Shown here piece by piece: positions 1 through 11,455 of a DNA stretch of 64,000 bases. A program made the translations under genes and the position numbers. The notes beneath the pieces were generated by a model. The model worked only from the letters and a program-made list of their open reading frames with translations. It searched no databases and was not told the origin of the DNA. The first letter of the stretch is position 1. Each line of letters opens with the position of its first letter. The stretch comes from an uncultured Acidobacteriota bacterium (GTDB taxonomy: Bacteria > Acidobacteriota > Vicinamibacteria > Vicinamibacterales > JAHECP01), in the NCBI GenBank assembly GCA_963812185.1, contig CAWEUE010000005.1, positions 32,405 to 96,404 on the forward strand, in the 5' to 3' direction.

Positions 1-713
1 CCGAGGCCAGGAACCGCGCGTACCTCCGGCTGGCCGATGCGGAGCGCCGGGACGACCCGGCCTATCGCGCGGAGTGGAACGCGACGCACCCGCTGGGCTG
101 GGTGGAGCACCGGGAGGCGTTCTCGGACCGCGGGCGGTACGGCCGCTGGATTCGCCAGCATCTCACCGCGGTGACGATCGACCGGTACCTCTTCATGCAC
201 GGCGGGATCTCCCCGGCGCTGGCGACCAGTTCGGTGGACGAGATCAACCGGCGCGTCAGCGAGGAGATCCAGAGCGCCAGTCCGCCGGACGAGGGGCTCG
301 CGGTCGGGCGGAGCGGGCCGCTGTGGTACCGGGGCCTGGCGCAGGGGGACGAAGACGCCCTGCGGCCGCACGTGCAGCAGCTCCTGTCCACGCACGACGT
401 CGACCACATCGTGATCGGGCACACGACAGCCCCTGGAGCGGTGCTCCCGCGCTTCGGCGGCGCCGTGTTGATGATCGACGTGGGGCTGTCGAATCACTTC
501 GGTGCGCGCGCGGCCTGCCTGGTGATCGAGCGCGGCGAGGCCTTCGCGTTGCACCGCGGGCAGATGCTGCGGCTGCCCGTGAACGGGACCGCGGGCCTGG
601 TCGCCTATCTTCGGGCCGCGGCCGCGCTGGATCCGCCGCCGTCCCCGCTGGCACCCCTCATCGCCGCCGGCGGAGAGTTCCCGCTCGTCTCCGAGACGGT
701 CCGAGAGCACTGA
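1..713 (+). CDS. metallophosphoesterase (calcineurin-like), 5'-partial at window edge
   Basis: The frame is open from base 3 to the stop at 711-713. Motifs LFMHGGIS and HIVIGHTT are typical of the metallophosphoesterase fold. Confidence 0.7.
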   Translation, partial: EARNRAYLRLADAERRDDPAYRAEWNATHPLGWVEHREAFSDRGRYGRWIRQHLTAVTIDRYLFMHGGISPALATSSVDEINRRVSEEIQSASPPDEGLAVGRSGPLWYRGLAQGDEDALRPHVQQLLSTHDVDHIVIGHTTAPGAVLPRFGGAVLMIDVGLSNHFGARAACLVIERGEAFALHRGQMLRLPVNGTAGLVAYLRAAAALDPPPSPLAPLIAAGGEFPLVSETVREH

Positions 714-791
714 TCTCCTGCCTGCGGCGGCCGCGCGCCGACGTGCCTTTCGATCGCGAACGGTTCGTCGGAGTCGCGCGGCCGGCCGAGG

Positions 792-1207
792 TCAGCGGCC
801 CTGGGGCCGCGGTCTTGCGACGAAGCCGAACGTCGCCCCGACCTCGTTCTTGACGCGCACGGTGCCGCCGCCCGCCGTGACCGGCTGGATGCCGAAGTCG
901 GTCTGCTTGATCACGAGCGTGCCCGCCGCGGTGAGCCGATCCGGCCCGACCTCGACGTCGATCCCCACGGTGACCGGTCTGGTCACCCCGTGCAGCGTCA
1001 GATCGGCAACCAGCCGCAGGCGATACGTCACGAGCGCGCGCAGGGTCGCCGAAGGTGTGCGCGTTGGTCTGGAACGCGTTGTCGACGAACGTGCCACGCG
1101 TCCTGGACGACATCCTCGGCTTCGCTGGTGCTGCCGAGCATTCTGTACGCGATCGAGAACAACAGCGGCCGCTGCGCTTCGAACGTCGCCTCGTCCGTCG
1201 CTGCCAT
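792..1207 (-). pseudogene. chimeric remnant: ECF (SigJ-like) sigma factor N-terminus abutting a YceI-like C-terminal half
   Basis: A minus-strand ATG at 1207 gives MAATDEATFEAQRPLLFSIAYRMLGSTSEAEDVVQDAW (sigma-70 region 2 start), and that frame then terminates after 59 codons. From ~1092 down to 792, other frames read FVDNAFQTNAHTFG / TLRALVTYRLRLVADLTLHGVTRPVTV...IKQTDFGIQP (YceI-like), with an extra base near 1047. Confidence 0.5.
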
Positions 1208-1318
1208 GGCTCACCTCGTCTTGCGCTGCTCCTTCTCTCTAGACGAATGACGGGGACCTTCTGTGACAGCGGGGTGTCAGAGCAATCTGCCCTCAGCAGA
1301 AGAAGTCGCCATGCCAAT

Positions 1319-1855
1319 CTATCCGGGTGACTGTTGTGGTGCGACCGGCGAATCAAATGGCGAGCTCAGCACGCTTGCCATCGCCTCCGAAGACAGCCCC
1401 GAATACTCGCAGGAGACCTCGGACTCGGCCACGTCGTCGGCCGCCGTCGTCTGGACCAGCTTCCTGCCCGGATCGAGGGTGAACTTCAGCGTCGCGGTGG
1501 CGTCCGGTTCCGCCGCGAGACCCTCCGGAAGCGTGAGCGCCAGCGTCACCCGGCCGTCCCAGGCCTCCGGGGGCACGCGGGCCGGCCCGCTGGACGTCAA
1601 GGTCGCCATCGCCTCACAGGCCTCGTTCAGGCGGATCCCCGCGACGGCCAGGTTGGGCAGTCGCGCCCGGCCGACCGCCTCCAGGTTCTTGGTCGACGAA
1701 GTGGCCCTTCGCGTAGACCAGGTCGTTCCCTCATCACTCGAGACGTAGAAGGCGCCCTCGCGGCCCGCCATGACCAGCCTGGCGGCGGCGTGGGCGGCGT
1801 TCCCGGCGCAGAACACGGCCGTGAGCAGGGCCAGGCTCCGGATCACTCTCGACAT
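1319..1855 (-). CDS. secreted hypothetical protein with one BNR/Asp-box (SSDEGTTW)
   Basis: The ATG at 1855 is followed by a signal-peptide-like MSRVIRSLALLTAVFCAGNAAHA. The protein carries a single S-x-D-x-G-x-T-W motif. Confidence 0.5.
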   Translation of the reverse strand: MSRVIRSLALLTAVFCAGNAAHAAARLVMAGREGAFYVSSDEGTTWSTRRATSSTKNLEAVGRARLPNLAVAGIRLNEACEAMATLTSSGPARVPPEAWDGRVTLALTLPEGLAAEPDATATLKFTLDPGRKLVQTTAADDVAESEVSCEYSGLSSEAMASVLSSPFDSPVAPQQSPG

Positions 1856-1990
1856 GGCTTCCCCAGGGAGTGTGCAGAAGAGCACAGACCCGGCGGCGGA
1901 GACCCCGTACCATGGCTGATGTCGGAGCCGATCTGCCGAGAGGTGGCGGATCGGACGGGATTCGTGCCCGGCGAAACGGAGCGAGACACG

Positions 1991-2152
1991 ATGTCTGCCC
2001 TGAATGGCGACAGAGCGAGATTCCGGAAGCAGAGATTGGCCCGCCTGCGACGCCGCGAACGATCGCGGCTGGCGTTTGCCGCTCTCAAGGCGCGGGCCGC
2101 CCGCGCCCGGGCGCCGGACCGTTCCCTCGAGACGAAGACGGAGGCCGTATGA
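1991..2152 (+). CDS. small basic hypothetical protein (53 aa)
   Basis: ATG at 1991. Its stop overlaps the next ATG in an ATGA at 2149-2152. Codon bias is only moderate. Confidence 0.3.
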   Translation: MSALNGDRARFRKQRLARLRRRERSRLAFAALKARAARARAPDRSLETKTEAV

Positions 2153-2391
2153 CTGGATACATCAATCGCTGGACGATGGTGGGCGCGTGGGCGGTCCTGA
2201 TGGGCGTCGTGTGGGCGCTGTTCGTGCCGCACGGCGTGTCCGTCATCAACTTCGTCCTTCTCAGCCTGACCGGCGTCGTCTTCGTGGTCGCCGCTTCGGC
2301 GTTGTGGAGCGCCCACGAACCGACGCCGTCGCTCGGGCAGACGCGCGTCACGTTGGAAGCGGACGAAGCCGCCGCCAGGGCGCGGCGATGA
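2149..2391 (+). CDS. small membrane protein (80 aa, 2 predicted TM helices)
   Basis: High third-position GC. Two hydrophobic stretches are present (WAVLMGVVWALFV, VINFVLLSLTGVVFVVAASALW). ATGA overlaps link it to both neighbours. Confidence 0.5.
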   Translation: MTGYINRWTMVGAWAVLMGVVWALFVPHGVSVINFVLLSLTGVVFVVAASALWSAHEPTPSLGQTRVTLEADEAAARARR

Positions 2392-2639
2392 CGCTGCTGC
2401 CTCCGGCGCGCCTCGACGCGCGGATGCCAACGGACCGGGTTCGCCAGGCCGGGCAGGCCAGCGCGCAGCAACTCGTCACGCGCCTGCGGGGCGCGGCGGC
2501 CGAGATGGTGCCGTTCTCCGGCACGAAGACGCTGCTCCGGGAAGCCGCCTCGACAATCGAGCGGCTGGACGGCAGCGCGCGGCGTCACGCGGCCGAGCTC
2601 GATCACCTGAACGCGGAGCTGGCACAGGCGCGCCGTTGA
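2388..2639 (+). CDS. hypothetical protein (83 aa), coiled-coil-like C-terminus
   Basis: High third-position GC. The ATG at 2388 overlaps the upstream stop (ATGA). Confidence 0.45.
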   Translation: MTLLPPARLDARMPTDRVRQAGQASAQQLVTRLRGAAAEMVPFSGTKTLLREAASTIERLDGSARRHAAELDHLNAELAQARR

Positions 2640-2776
2640 CGCGCGGACGTGTGGTGCCGATCGTCTGCGCCAGGACTGCCTGAGATCTTCGGCAGCACGC
2701 GCTTCGACTCCTCATCCGACAGCCCGCGCTCCTCGCGGAGCACGCGCATCATCTCGCTCTTTCGAGCACGGTACAG

Positions 2777-5700
2777 GTGACCAAGCTCTTCCGCTGGATC
2801 TGGCCGCATCGGGCACCGCCGGCGGACAACCCGCTGCGCGACGAGCTGCTCAGCATCGAACGATTGGAGGAGCGCGCCAAAGCGCTGGCCGCCAGCTTCA
2901 TCGTCGATCCGCGGCGCCGCGCGCGCGACATCTTCCCCCGGTTCGAGGACAACGGCCGCGTCCTGCGCAGGGCGTATCGGACCCTGGCCGACGATGTGCG
3001 GCGCGGGGAGTTCATCACCGCCGCGTCGGAGTGGCTGCTCGACAACTTCTACCTGGTCACGTCCGAAATCAGGGACATCCGTCAGAACCTCCCGCGGACC
3101 TACTACCGCTCGCTGCCGACGCTCGCGCCGCGCGAGCAGGCGGGACACGCGCGGGTCTACGCGATCGCCATCGAGCTCATCCGCCACAGCGACAGCCGGC
3201 TGGACCGTCACGGGCTCACGCACTTCCTCGACAGCTATCAGCGCATCGCGCCGCTGACGATCGGGGAGCTCTGGGCCTGGCCGAGCATGCTGAAGCTGGC
3301 GCTCATCGAGAACCTGAGACGACTGGCCGACCAGACGCTGCGGGCCCGCGCCGCGCGGCGGGCCGCCGACGCCGACGTGTCGCGGATGGAGGGGCGGGCA
3401 CGCGGCCGGGCGCCGGTGCTGCCGCCCGTTCTCCATCCCGCGTACGTCGTTCAGCTGCTTCACCGCATGCGCGAATACGGTCCGCGTCTGTTGCCGTTGC
3501 ACCGCGCCGTCGAGGCGCACCTGGCTTCCCTGCAGACGACCACCGAGGACGCGGTGCGGGAAGAGAACCAGCGCGAGGCGGCCGCCCAGGTGTCGGTGGC
3601 CAACGTCGTCGCCAGCCTTCGCCTGTGCTCGACGCTCGACTGGGGGAAGTACTTCGAGGCGGTGAGCCTCGTCGAGCAGGTGCTGCAGCGCGATCCCGCG
3701 GGCGTGTACGGGCGCATGGACTTCCTGAGCCGGGACCGCCTGCGCCAGGCGGTGGAGAGCATGGCCGCGCCCGACGGCGACGCCCAGATCCGGGTCGCGC
3801 TGAAGGCGGTCGAGAACGCCCGCGAGCGGGCCGTGGACGGCTCGACCGCCGACCGCGCCGCTCACGTGGGCTACCACCTGATCGATCTGGGGCGCCGCGA
3901 CCTCGAAGCCGACGTCGCGTATCGTCCTCCTCTCGCCGGGCGCCTGCGCCGTCTCGCGTTCGCCCATGCGACCGCCGTCTACCTTGGAGCGATCGGGCTC
4001 CTGACGACGCTGCTGGTCGCCGCCGGTGTCTGGTACCTCCGGCGCGGCGGCGGGTCCCTCCCCGCGCAGGTCGCCGCGGCGCTGCTCCTCTTGCTGCCCG
4101 CGAGTGAAGTCGCGGTCTCATTCGTCCAACGTCTGGCGGCGCGTCTGGCGCCGCCGAGACGCCTGCCGCGCCTCGAGTTCGCCGGCCGGATTCCCGAGAC
4201 CGCACGCACCATGGTGATCGTGCCGACGATGCTGACGAGCGTCCAGGCCGTGGAGGCGCTCGTCGAGCATCTCGAGGTGCTCGCGCTCGGGAACCTGGAC
4301 CCGTGCATTCACTTCGCGATCCTCAGCGACTTCACCGACGCCGCCCTCCGCGACGTTCCCGGGGACGCCGCCATCCTCTCGGCCGCCCGCGCCGGCGTCG
4401 AGGCCCTCAATGCGCGGTTCGGCCCCGAGCACGCCGACCGTTTCTATCTCTTCCATCGCGCCCGGCGGTGGAACGACCGCGAACAGGCGTGGATGGGCTG
4501 GGAGCGCAAGCGCGGCAAGATCGAGGAATTCAACCGTCTGCTGCGCGGCGCGACGGACACGAGCTTCGCCGTGCAGGTCGGGCAGCGCGACATCCTGCCC
4601 ACCGTGCGCTACTGCATCACGCTCGATTCCGACACCCGCCTGCCGCGGGACGCGGCGAAGAAGCTCATCGGCATCATCGAGCACCCGTTGAACCGCCCGC
4701 AGGTCGATCGACGGCTCGGCCGCGTGACGGAGGGCTACGGCATCCTGCAGCCCCGCGTCAGCGTGACGATGGCGAGCGCGGCGGGCTCGCTCTTCGCCCG
4801 AACCTACGCCGGACATACCGGCGTGGATCCGTACACCACCGCCGTGTCGGACGTCTACCAGGATCTCTTCGAGCGAAGGCATCTTCACCGGCAAGGGCCT
4901 CTACGACGTGGACGCGTTCATCGCCGCCCTCGAGGGTCGGGTGCCCGAGAACGCGCTGCTGTCGCACGACCTGTTCGAGGGGATCTACGCGCGCACCGCG
5001 CTCGTCAGCGACGTCGAAGTGGTGGATGACTACCCGTCGAGCGTCCTCGCCCACGCGAGACGCCAGCACCGCTGGGTGCGCGGCGACTGGCAGATCCTGT
5101 GGTGGCTGTGGCCCTTCGTCCCGACCCGCGCGGGCATCGAGCGCAACCGGTTGCCGCTCATCTCGCGCTGGAAGATCCTCGACAACCTGCGGCGAAGCCT
5201 GCTGGCGCCGGCGACCGCCGCCCTGCTCCTGCTCGGGTGGACCGTGCTTCCGGGGCGCGCGGCGGCCTGGACGGCGATCGGCCTCGCGGCGATCGCCTTT
5301 CCCCTCCTCTCGCGGGCGCTGGAGACGCTCGGTGGTCCGGGCCGGGACCAGGCCTGGTCCGTGTTCCTGCGGGCCGCCGCCGACGACCTGAGGACCGCCG
5401 CCGCGCAAGCGGCCCTGCAGCTCGCGTTCATGGCCAATCAGGCGTACCAGATGCTGCACGCGATCGGCATCACGCTCGTGCGCCTCGGGATCACCCAGCA
5501 CGGGCTCCTGGAGTGGGAGACCGCGGCGGCGAGCGCCACCCGGGGCGGACCGCCCGACCTGCGCCTGTTCCTGAGGGGCATGATGGCGAGCCCGTCCATC
5601 GCCCTCGCCGGTCTCGTCCTGGTGTCGCTGGCCCAGCCGCGCGCGCTGCCCGTGGCGCTCCCCGTCCTGGCCCTGTGGGCGGCCGCGCCGTTCATCGCGT

Positions 5701-8700
5701 TCGCGCTCAGCCGGCCGATGCCCGCGCGCCGGCTGGTCCTCGCCGCGGGCGACCGCGAGTTCCTGCGTCAGGTGGCGATCCGGACCTGGCGCTACTTCGA
5801 CGACGTTCGTGGGGCCCGAGGACCACGGCCTGCCGCCGGACAACATCCAGACCGTGCCCGAGCTCCGGGTGACGCACCGCACGTCGCCCACCAACATCGG
5901 GATGGGGCTGCTGGCCGCGCTGGCGGCCCACGACTTCGGCTTCATCGGCCGCGATGATCTCGCCGGCCGGATCGAGACGACGCTCGACACCGTCGAGAGC
6001 CTGGACCAGTTCGAGGGCCACCTGCTGAACTGGTACGACACGCGCACGCTGGCGCCGCTGCCGCCCGCGCTACGTGTCCACGGTGGACAGCGGCAACCTC
6101 GCGGCCGCGCTCCTCACGCTCGCCGTCGGGCTGCGGCGGCTGGCCGACGGCGCCCCCACGCCGGAGGACGGCGCGCGCCTCGAGCGGTCGGCGGCGCGCG
6201 CGACGGCGCTGCTCGACGGCATGCGCTTCGGGTTCCTCTACGACTCGCGGCGGCACCTCTTCGCGATCGGCTATCGCCTCGCCGACGCCGAAGGGCCGGG
6301 CCGCCTGGACGACTCCTACTACGACCTCCTGGCCTCCGAAGCGCGCCTGGCGAGCTTCATCGCCATTGCGAAAGGCGACGTTCCCGAGCTGCACTGGTTC
6401 CATCTGGGGCGCTCCGTCACCGGCGTCCGGGGCCGGCCCGTGCTGCTGTCGTGGAACGCTACGATGTTCGAGTACCTGCTGCCGCTGCTCCTGATGCGCA
6501 GCTACCCGGAGACGCTCCTCGACGAATCCTGCCGCATGGTCGTCGGCCGCCAGATCGACTACGCGGCCACCCGCGGCGTGCCGTGGGGCATCTCGGAGTC
6601 GGCCTACAATCTCGTGGACCGGCACGACACCTATCAGTACAAGGCCTTCGGCGTCCCCGGCCTCGGCCTGAAGCGTGGCCTGGGCGACGAGCTGGTGGTG
6701 GCGCCCTACGCGACGGCCCTGGCCGCGATGATCGATCCGGTGCAGAGCGCCGCCAACCTGCGGCGGCTGGCCGCCGCGGGTCTCGAGAGCGAGTACGGCT
6801 TCTACGACGCCATCGACTACACGAACCGCGACCCCGAGCGTCACGAGCGTGAAGCGGGCGAGCCGGCTCGCTTCAGGGGCGCGGTCGTCCGTGCCTGTCT
6901 GGCGCATCACGAGGGCATGACCCTCGTTGCGCTGGCGAACGCTCTGCTCGGCGACACGATGGTGGAGCGGTTCCACGCGGACCCGCGGGTGCAGGCGACC
7001 GAGCTGCTGCTGCAGGAGCGCATGCCGCGCGGAACGCCGACGGCCGAGCCGCGGCCGCTCGACGAGATGCGGGTGGCCGCGCCCCTGGCCGCCGTCCCGG
7101 TCCGGCGCTATCGGTCGCCGCACACCGTCTTTCCGCACGCGCAGTTCCTCTCGAACGGCACCTACGTCGCGGTCGTGACCAACGCCGGCGGCGGCGCCAG
7201 CTTCTGGCGCGGTCTCGCGGTGACGAGGTCGCGCCACGACTCGACGTGCGACCCGGGCGGCCAGTTCGTCTACCTGCGCGACGTCTGGAGCGGTTCGACC
7301 TGGTCCGCGACGCACCATCCAATGGACCGGGAGCCCGACGACTACACGGTCACCTTTCTGGCGGAGCGCGCGACGTTCCAGCGCCGGGACGGCGCGGTGT
7401 CGACGCGGCTCGATGTGGCGGTCTCGACCGAGGACGACGTCGAGGTGCGGCGGGTGACGGTGACCAATCACGGCGCCCGCGTTCGCGAGATCGACGTCAC
7501 GAGCTACGCGGAGATCGTCCTGGCGCCGCCGGCCGCGGACCTCGCCCACCCGGCCTTCGGCAAGCTCTTCGTCGAGACGGAGTACCTGCCCGCGAGCGCC
7601 GCGCTCGTCGGCCACCGGCGGCGTCGGGAGCCCGGTGAGCCGGGTGCGTGGGCGATGCACGTGCTCAGCCTCGAAGGCCGGCCGCAGGGACCGATCGAGT
7701 GGGAAACGGATCGCGCGCGTTTCCTCGGCCGCGGGCGGACGGTCGGCAGCCCGCTGGCGCTCGACGGGCGCACCCTGTCCGGGACGACGGGCGTCGTGCT
7801 CGACCCCGTGCTCAGCCTGCGGCAGCGCATCAGGCTGCCCCCGGGCGCGTCGGTGCGGCTCTCGTTCGCCACCGGCATGGCGTCGGACCGTGAGACGGCC
7901 GTGGCGCTCGCGCAGAAGTACCACGACCCCAGCGCCGTCGTCGCGGGCCTTTGCGCTCGCCTTCACCCACGCGCAGAGCGGCCTGCGCCATCTGGGCGTC
8001 TCGAGGGAGGAGGCGCGCCTGTTCGAGCGGCTGGCCTCACGCGTGCTGTTCACCGACGGATCGCTCCGGGCGAGCCCGGAGACGCTCGCGTCGAACGAGC
8101 TCGGTCAGGCGAGCCTGTGGCCGCACGGCATCTCGGGCGACCTGCCCATCCTGCTCGTGCGTGTCGTCGCGGACGACGACCTGCTGCTCGTGCGTCAGGT
8201 CCTGCAGGCGCAGGAGTACTGGCGCCTGAAGGGCCTCATCGCCGACGTCGTGATCCTCAACGAGCACCCGGTCGGCTACCTGGACGAGATGCAGGCGCAG
8301 CTGGCGGCGCTTCTCGACAGCGGCCCGTGGAGCGCGTGGAAACACCGGCCGGGCGGCGCGTACCTGCTCCGCGGGGATCGGATGGGCGGCGCGGAACGCA
8401 CGCTGCTCGAGGCGGTCGCGCGCGCGGTCCTCAGCGGCGACCGGGGCGACCTCCGCGCGCAGCTCGATCGACCGCATCCCGTCCGGGCGATCGCGGCGCC
8501 GGACGTGCTGGCCGCGGCGCCGTCGGATGCCGGCCTCGCGCCGACCCCGCCCGGCACGCGCCTGTCCGTGCCGGCCCTGACGCTCGCCAACGGCCTCGGC
8601 GGGTTCGCGGACGAGGGCCGGGAGTACGTGATCACCCCGGACGGCGACGAGAACACCCCGTTGCCGTGGGCGAACGTGATCGCCAACCCGTCTTTCGGCA

Positions 8701-11051
8701 CGATCGTCACCGCCTCGGGTTCCGCGCACACGTGGTCGGACAACAGCCGGGAGAACCGCCTCACGCCGTTCGCCAACGACCCGGTCTCCGACCCGACCGC
8801 GGAGGCCCTCTTCGTTCGCGACGACGACTCGGGAGAGGCCTGGTCGCCCACGCCGGGGCCCATGAGCCGGGGGCCGCTGAGCGGACGGTTCATCGTGCGC
8901 CACGGCGCGGGGGTCTCGCGCTTCTCGCGGGCGTCGCATGGCATCAGCCACGAGCTCGACGTGTTCGTGGACGCCGCCGATCCGGTGAAGTTCTCGGCTC
9001 CTCAGCCTGACGAACGACGGCGCCGCGCCGCGCACGCTGAGCGTCTTCGCCTACAACGACTGGGTGCTCGGACCGCCGAGGGACGGCGAGCACCTGCACG
9101 TCGTCACCGCGCGCGACGAGAGGACGGGCGCCGTCCTCGCCCGGAACGCGTACAACCAGGAGTTCGCGCGCCGCGTGGCGTTCGCGTGCGCGAGCGAGAC
9201 GCCGTGTTCCGCGACGGGGGACCGTCTGTCGTTCATCGGACGCAACGGCTCGCTCGCGCGGCCGGCGGCGCTCGGCCACGTGGCGCTCTCAGGGCAGTTC
9301 GGGGCCGGACTCGACCCGTGCGCGGCGCTCCACGTCCGGATCGTCCTGAACCCCGGAGAGAGCCGTCGCGTCGTGTTTCTGCTGGGCCAGGGCGACGATG
9401 CGCGACCACGCCCGCGCGCTGATCGATCGCCACCGATCGGTGGACGACGCCGCCGCGGCCGCTCGCGAAGGTGCGGGCGGCCTGGAACCGCACGCTCGAC
9501 ACCGTCCACGTCCGGACGCCGGACGACTCGTTCGACGTCCTGATGAACCGGCTGGCTCCTGTACCAGGACGTCAGCTGCCGCCTCTGGACCCGCGCGGGC
9601 TACTACCAGCCGGGCGGCGCCTTCGGCTTCCGCGACCAGTTGCAGGACGTGATGGCCCTGTCGTTCGCGCGGCCGGATCTCACGCGCGCGCACCTGCTGC
9701 GCGCCGCGGGCCGGCAGTTCGTCGAGGGGGACGTGCAGCACTGGTGGCACGAGCCGTCGGGGCGCGGACTCCGCACGCCGCTGCTCCGACGACCTGCTCT
9801 GGCTCCCGTACGCGGTCGCCGACTACGTGCGCACGACGGGCGACGTGGCCGTGCTGGAGGAACGGGCGCCGTTCCTGGAGGCGCCGCCGCTGGCGCCTGA
9901 CGCGCAGGAGGCGTACGCGCAGCCCGGCATCTCGTCCGAGGACGGCACGCTCTTCGAGCACTGCGTGCGCGCGATCGACAGAAGCCTGACCGCCGGCGCG
10001 CACGGCCTGCCGCTCTTCGGCAGCGGCGACTGGAACGACGGCATGAACCGCGTCGGGGCGCGCCGGACGCGGCGAGAGCACCTGGCTCGGGTTCTTCCTC
10101 CACCGCGTGCTCGACGATTTCGCGCCGCTGTGCGACGCGCGCAACGACCGCGTCAGGGGCGACCGCTACCGGCACGAGGCCCGCCGCCTCGCGACGGCGC
10201 TCCAGCAGTCCTGGGACGGTGAGTGGTATCGGCGCGGGTACTACGACGACGGGACGCCGCTCGGATCCGCGCAGAACGACGAGTGCCGGATCGACTCGAT
10301 CGCGCAGTCCTGGGCGGTGCTCTCGGGCGCGGTCCCGCAACGGTTCGCCGAACGCGCGATGGACGCGGTCCGCACGTCCCTGGTCTCGCGCGGCTCGCAG
10401 ATCCTGCTGCTGCTCAGCCCGCCGTTCGATCGATCGGAGCGGGATCCCGGGTACATCAAGGGCTACCCGCCGGGCGTTCGCGAGAACGGCGGCCAGTACA
10501 CGCACGCGGCGGTGTGGATTGTGATGGCGCTGGCGCGGCTGGGAAGCGGCGACGAAGCGGCCGAGCTGTTCCACATGCTCAACCCCGTCAACCACGCGCG
10601 CACGCCCGCCGACGTGGCCCGATACCAGACGGAGCCCTACGTGATGGCCGGTGACGTGTACGCCCGCGCGCCGCACGCGGGCCGCGGCGGCTGGAGCTGG
10701 TACACGGGTTCGGCCGGCTGGATGTATCGCGCGGGGCTGGAGAGCATTCTCGGGCTGCGGCGCCACGGCGCGACGTTCGCCGTCGATCCGTGCATCCCGT
10801 CGTCGTGGCCCGAGTACCGGATCGACTGGCGGTTCGGCTCGGCCCGCTACGAGATCGCGGTCGCGAATCCGGACCGCCGCTGTCGAGGGGTCGCGAGCGC
10901 GGACCTGGACGGGGCCCCGGTGAGCGCGGTCGCGATTCCCCTCGTCGATGACGGCCGCACCCATCAGGTGCGGGTCGTGCTGGGCGACTCCGCCGAGGTC
11001 GGCCGTCAGACCAGTCTGACGTCTTCCGCGCGCGGGCCCTTCGGTCCCTGA
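2777..11051 (+). pseudogene. cgs: cyclic beta-1,2-glucan synthase (Cgs/NdvB/ChvB-like), ~2750 codons interrupted by 10 +1 frameshifts (real or assembly artefact)
   Basis: The N-terminal region has TM helices. A GT84-like core follows (CITLDSDTRLPRD, QHRWVRGDWQ), then a C-terminal GH94-like domain ([27 protein letters not shown]). The protein continues seamlessly across 11 frame segments, with breaks at ~4872, 5805, 6067, 7946, 8997, ~9402, ~9463, 9552, 9779 and 10058. The last ~15 codons overlap the convergent csp gene and have poor codon bias, so the true stop is uncertain. Confidence 0.85.
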
Positions 11052-11212
11052 CCTCGCTCGAAGGTCACGGCCTGGCCTTCCTGCAGGTCGTCGAACTGCA
11101 CGCCGTTGCAGGCGGACTGGTGGAAGAAGTACTCGTTGCCGTCTCCCGCCGCCACGAAGCCGAAGCCCTTGTCGCTCACCAGCCGCTTGATCGTTCCGTT
11201 CATTGCTGACAT
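11006..11212 (-). CDS. cspA: cold-shock protein, CspA family (68 aa)
   Basis: GTIKRLVSDKGFGFV (RNP1-like) and NEYFFH (RNP2-like) are present. An AGGAG RBS sits 7 nt before the ATG at 11212. Confidence 0.92.
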   Translation of the reverse strand: MSAMNGTIKRLVSDKGFGFVAAGDGNEYFFHQSACNGVQFDDLQEGQAVTFERGQGPKGPRAEDVRLV

Positions 11213-11357
11213 ACACGTCTCCTGTCGAATTGACGGTCCCGGCGTGCGTTTCCGCCGCGCCGGGTCGCTGAGCTTTGATGACGCTGAGGCAGGTTCCCGG
11301 CGGACGCCGGGGTAGCGACAGGGTTCAGGAAAGCAGAATCGGGCTACAGTATAGCAC
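11213..11357 (-). promoter_or_regulatory. csp promoter (extended -10 TGCTATACT at 11348-11356) plus ~130-nt conserved 5' leader
   Basis: An 87-nt block (11271-11357) and a 17-nt RBS-proximal block (11221-11237) are nearly identical to the leader of the second csp gene. Conservation stops immediately upstream of TGCTATACT. Confidence 0.55.
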
Positions 11358-11455
11358 ATCTGCGGCCGTGGCGAGCCGCATCCTTTTGGGCGGCTTCCTC
11401 GTCTAAGCCCTTAGCGCGCCGTTGCAGAAGATAATCTCCTGGAGTCACGTGCCCC

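Noticed and set aside
2603-2752. Minus-strand mini-ORF MMRVLREERGLSDEESKRVLPKI… between the small-ORF trio and the glucan synthase
   Set aside because: Only the first ~23 codons show coding-like bias. There is no RBS or recognisable family, and it overlaps the end of the 2388-2639 ORF. The evidence is insufficient.
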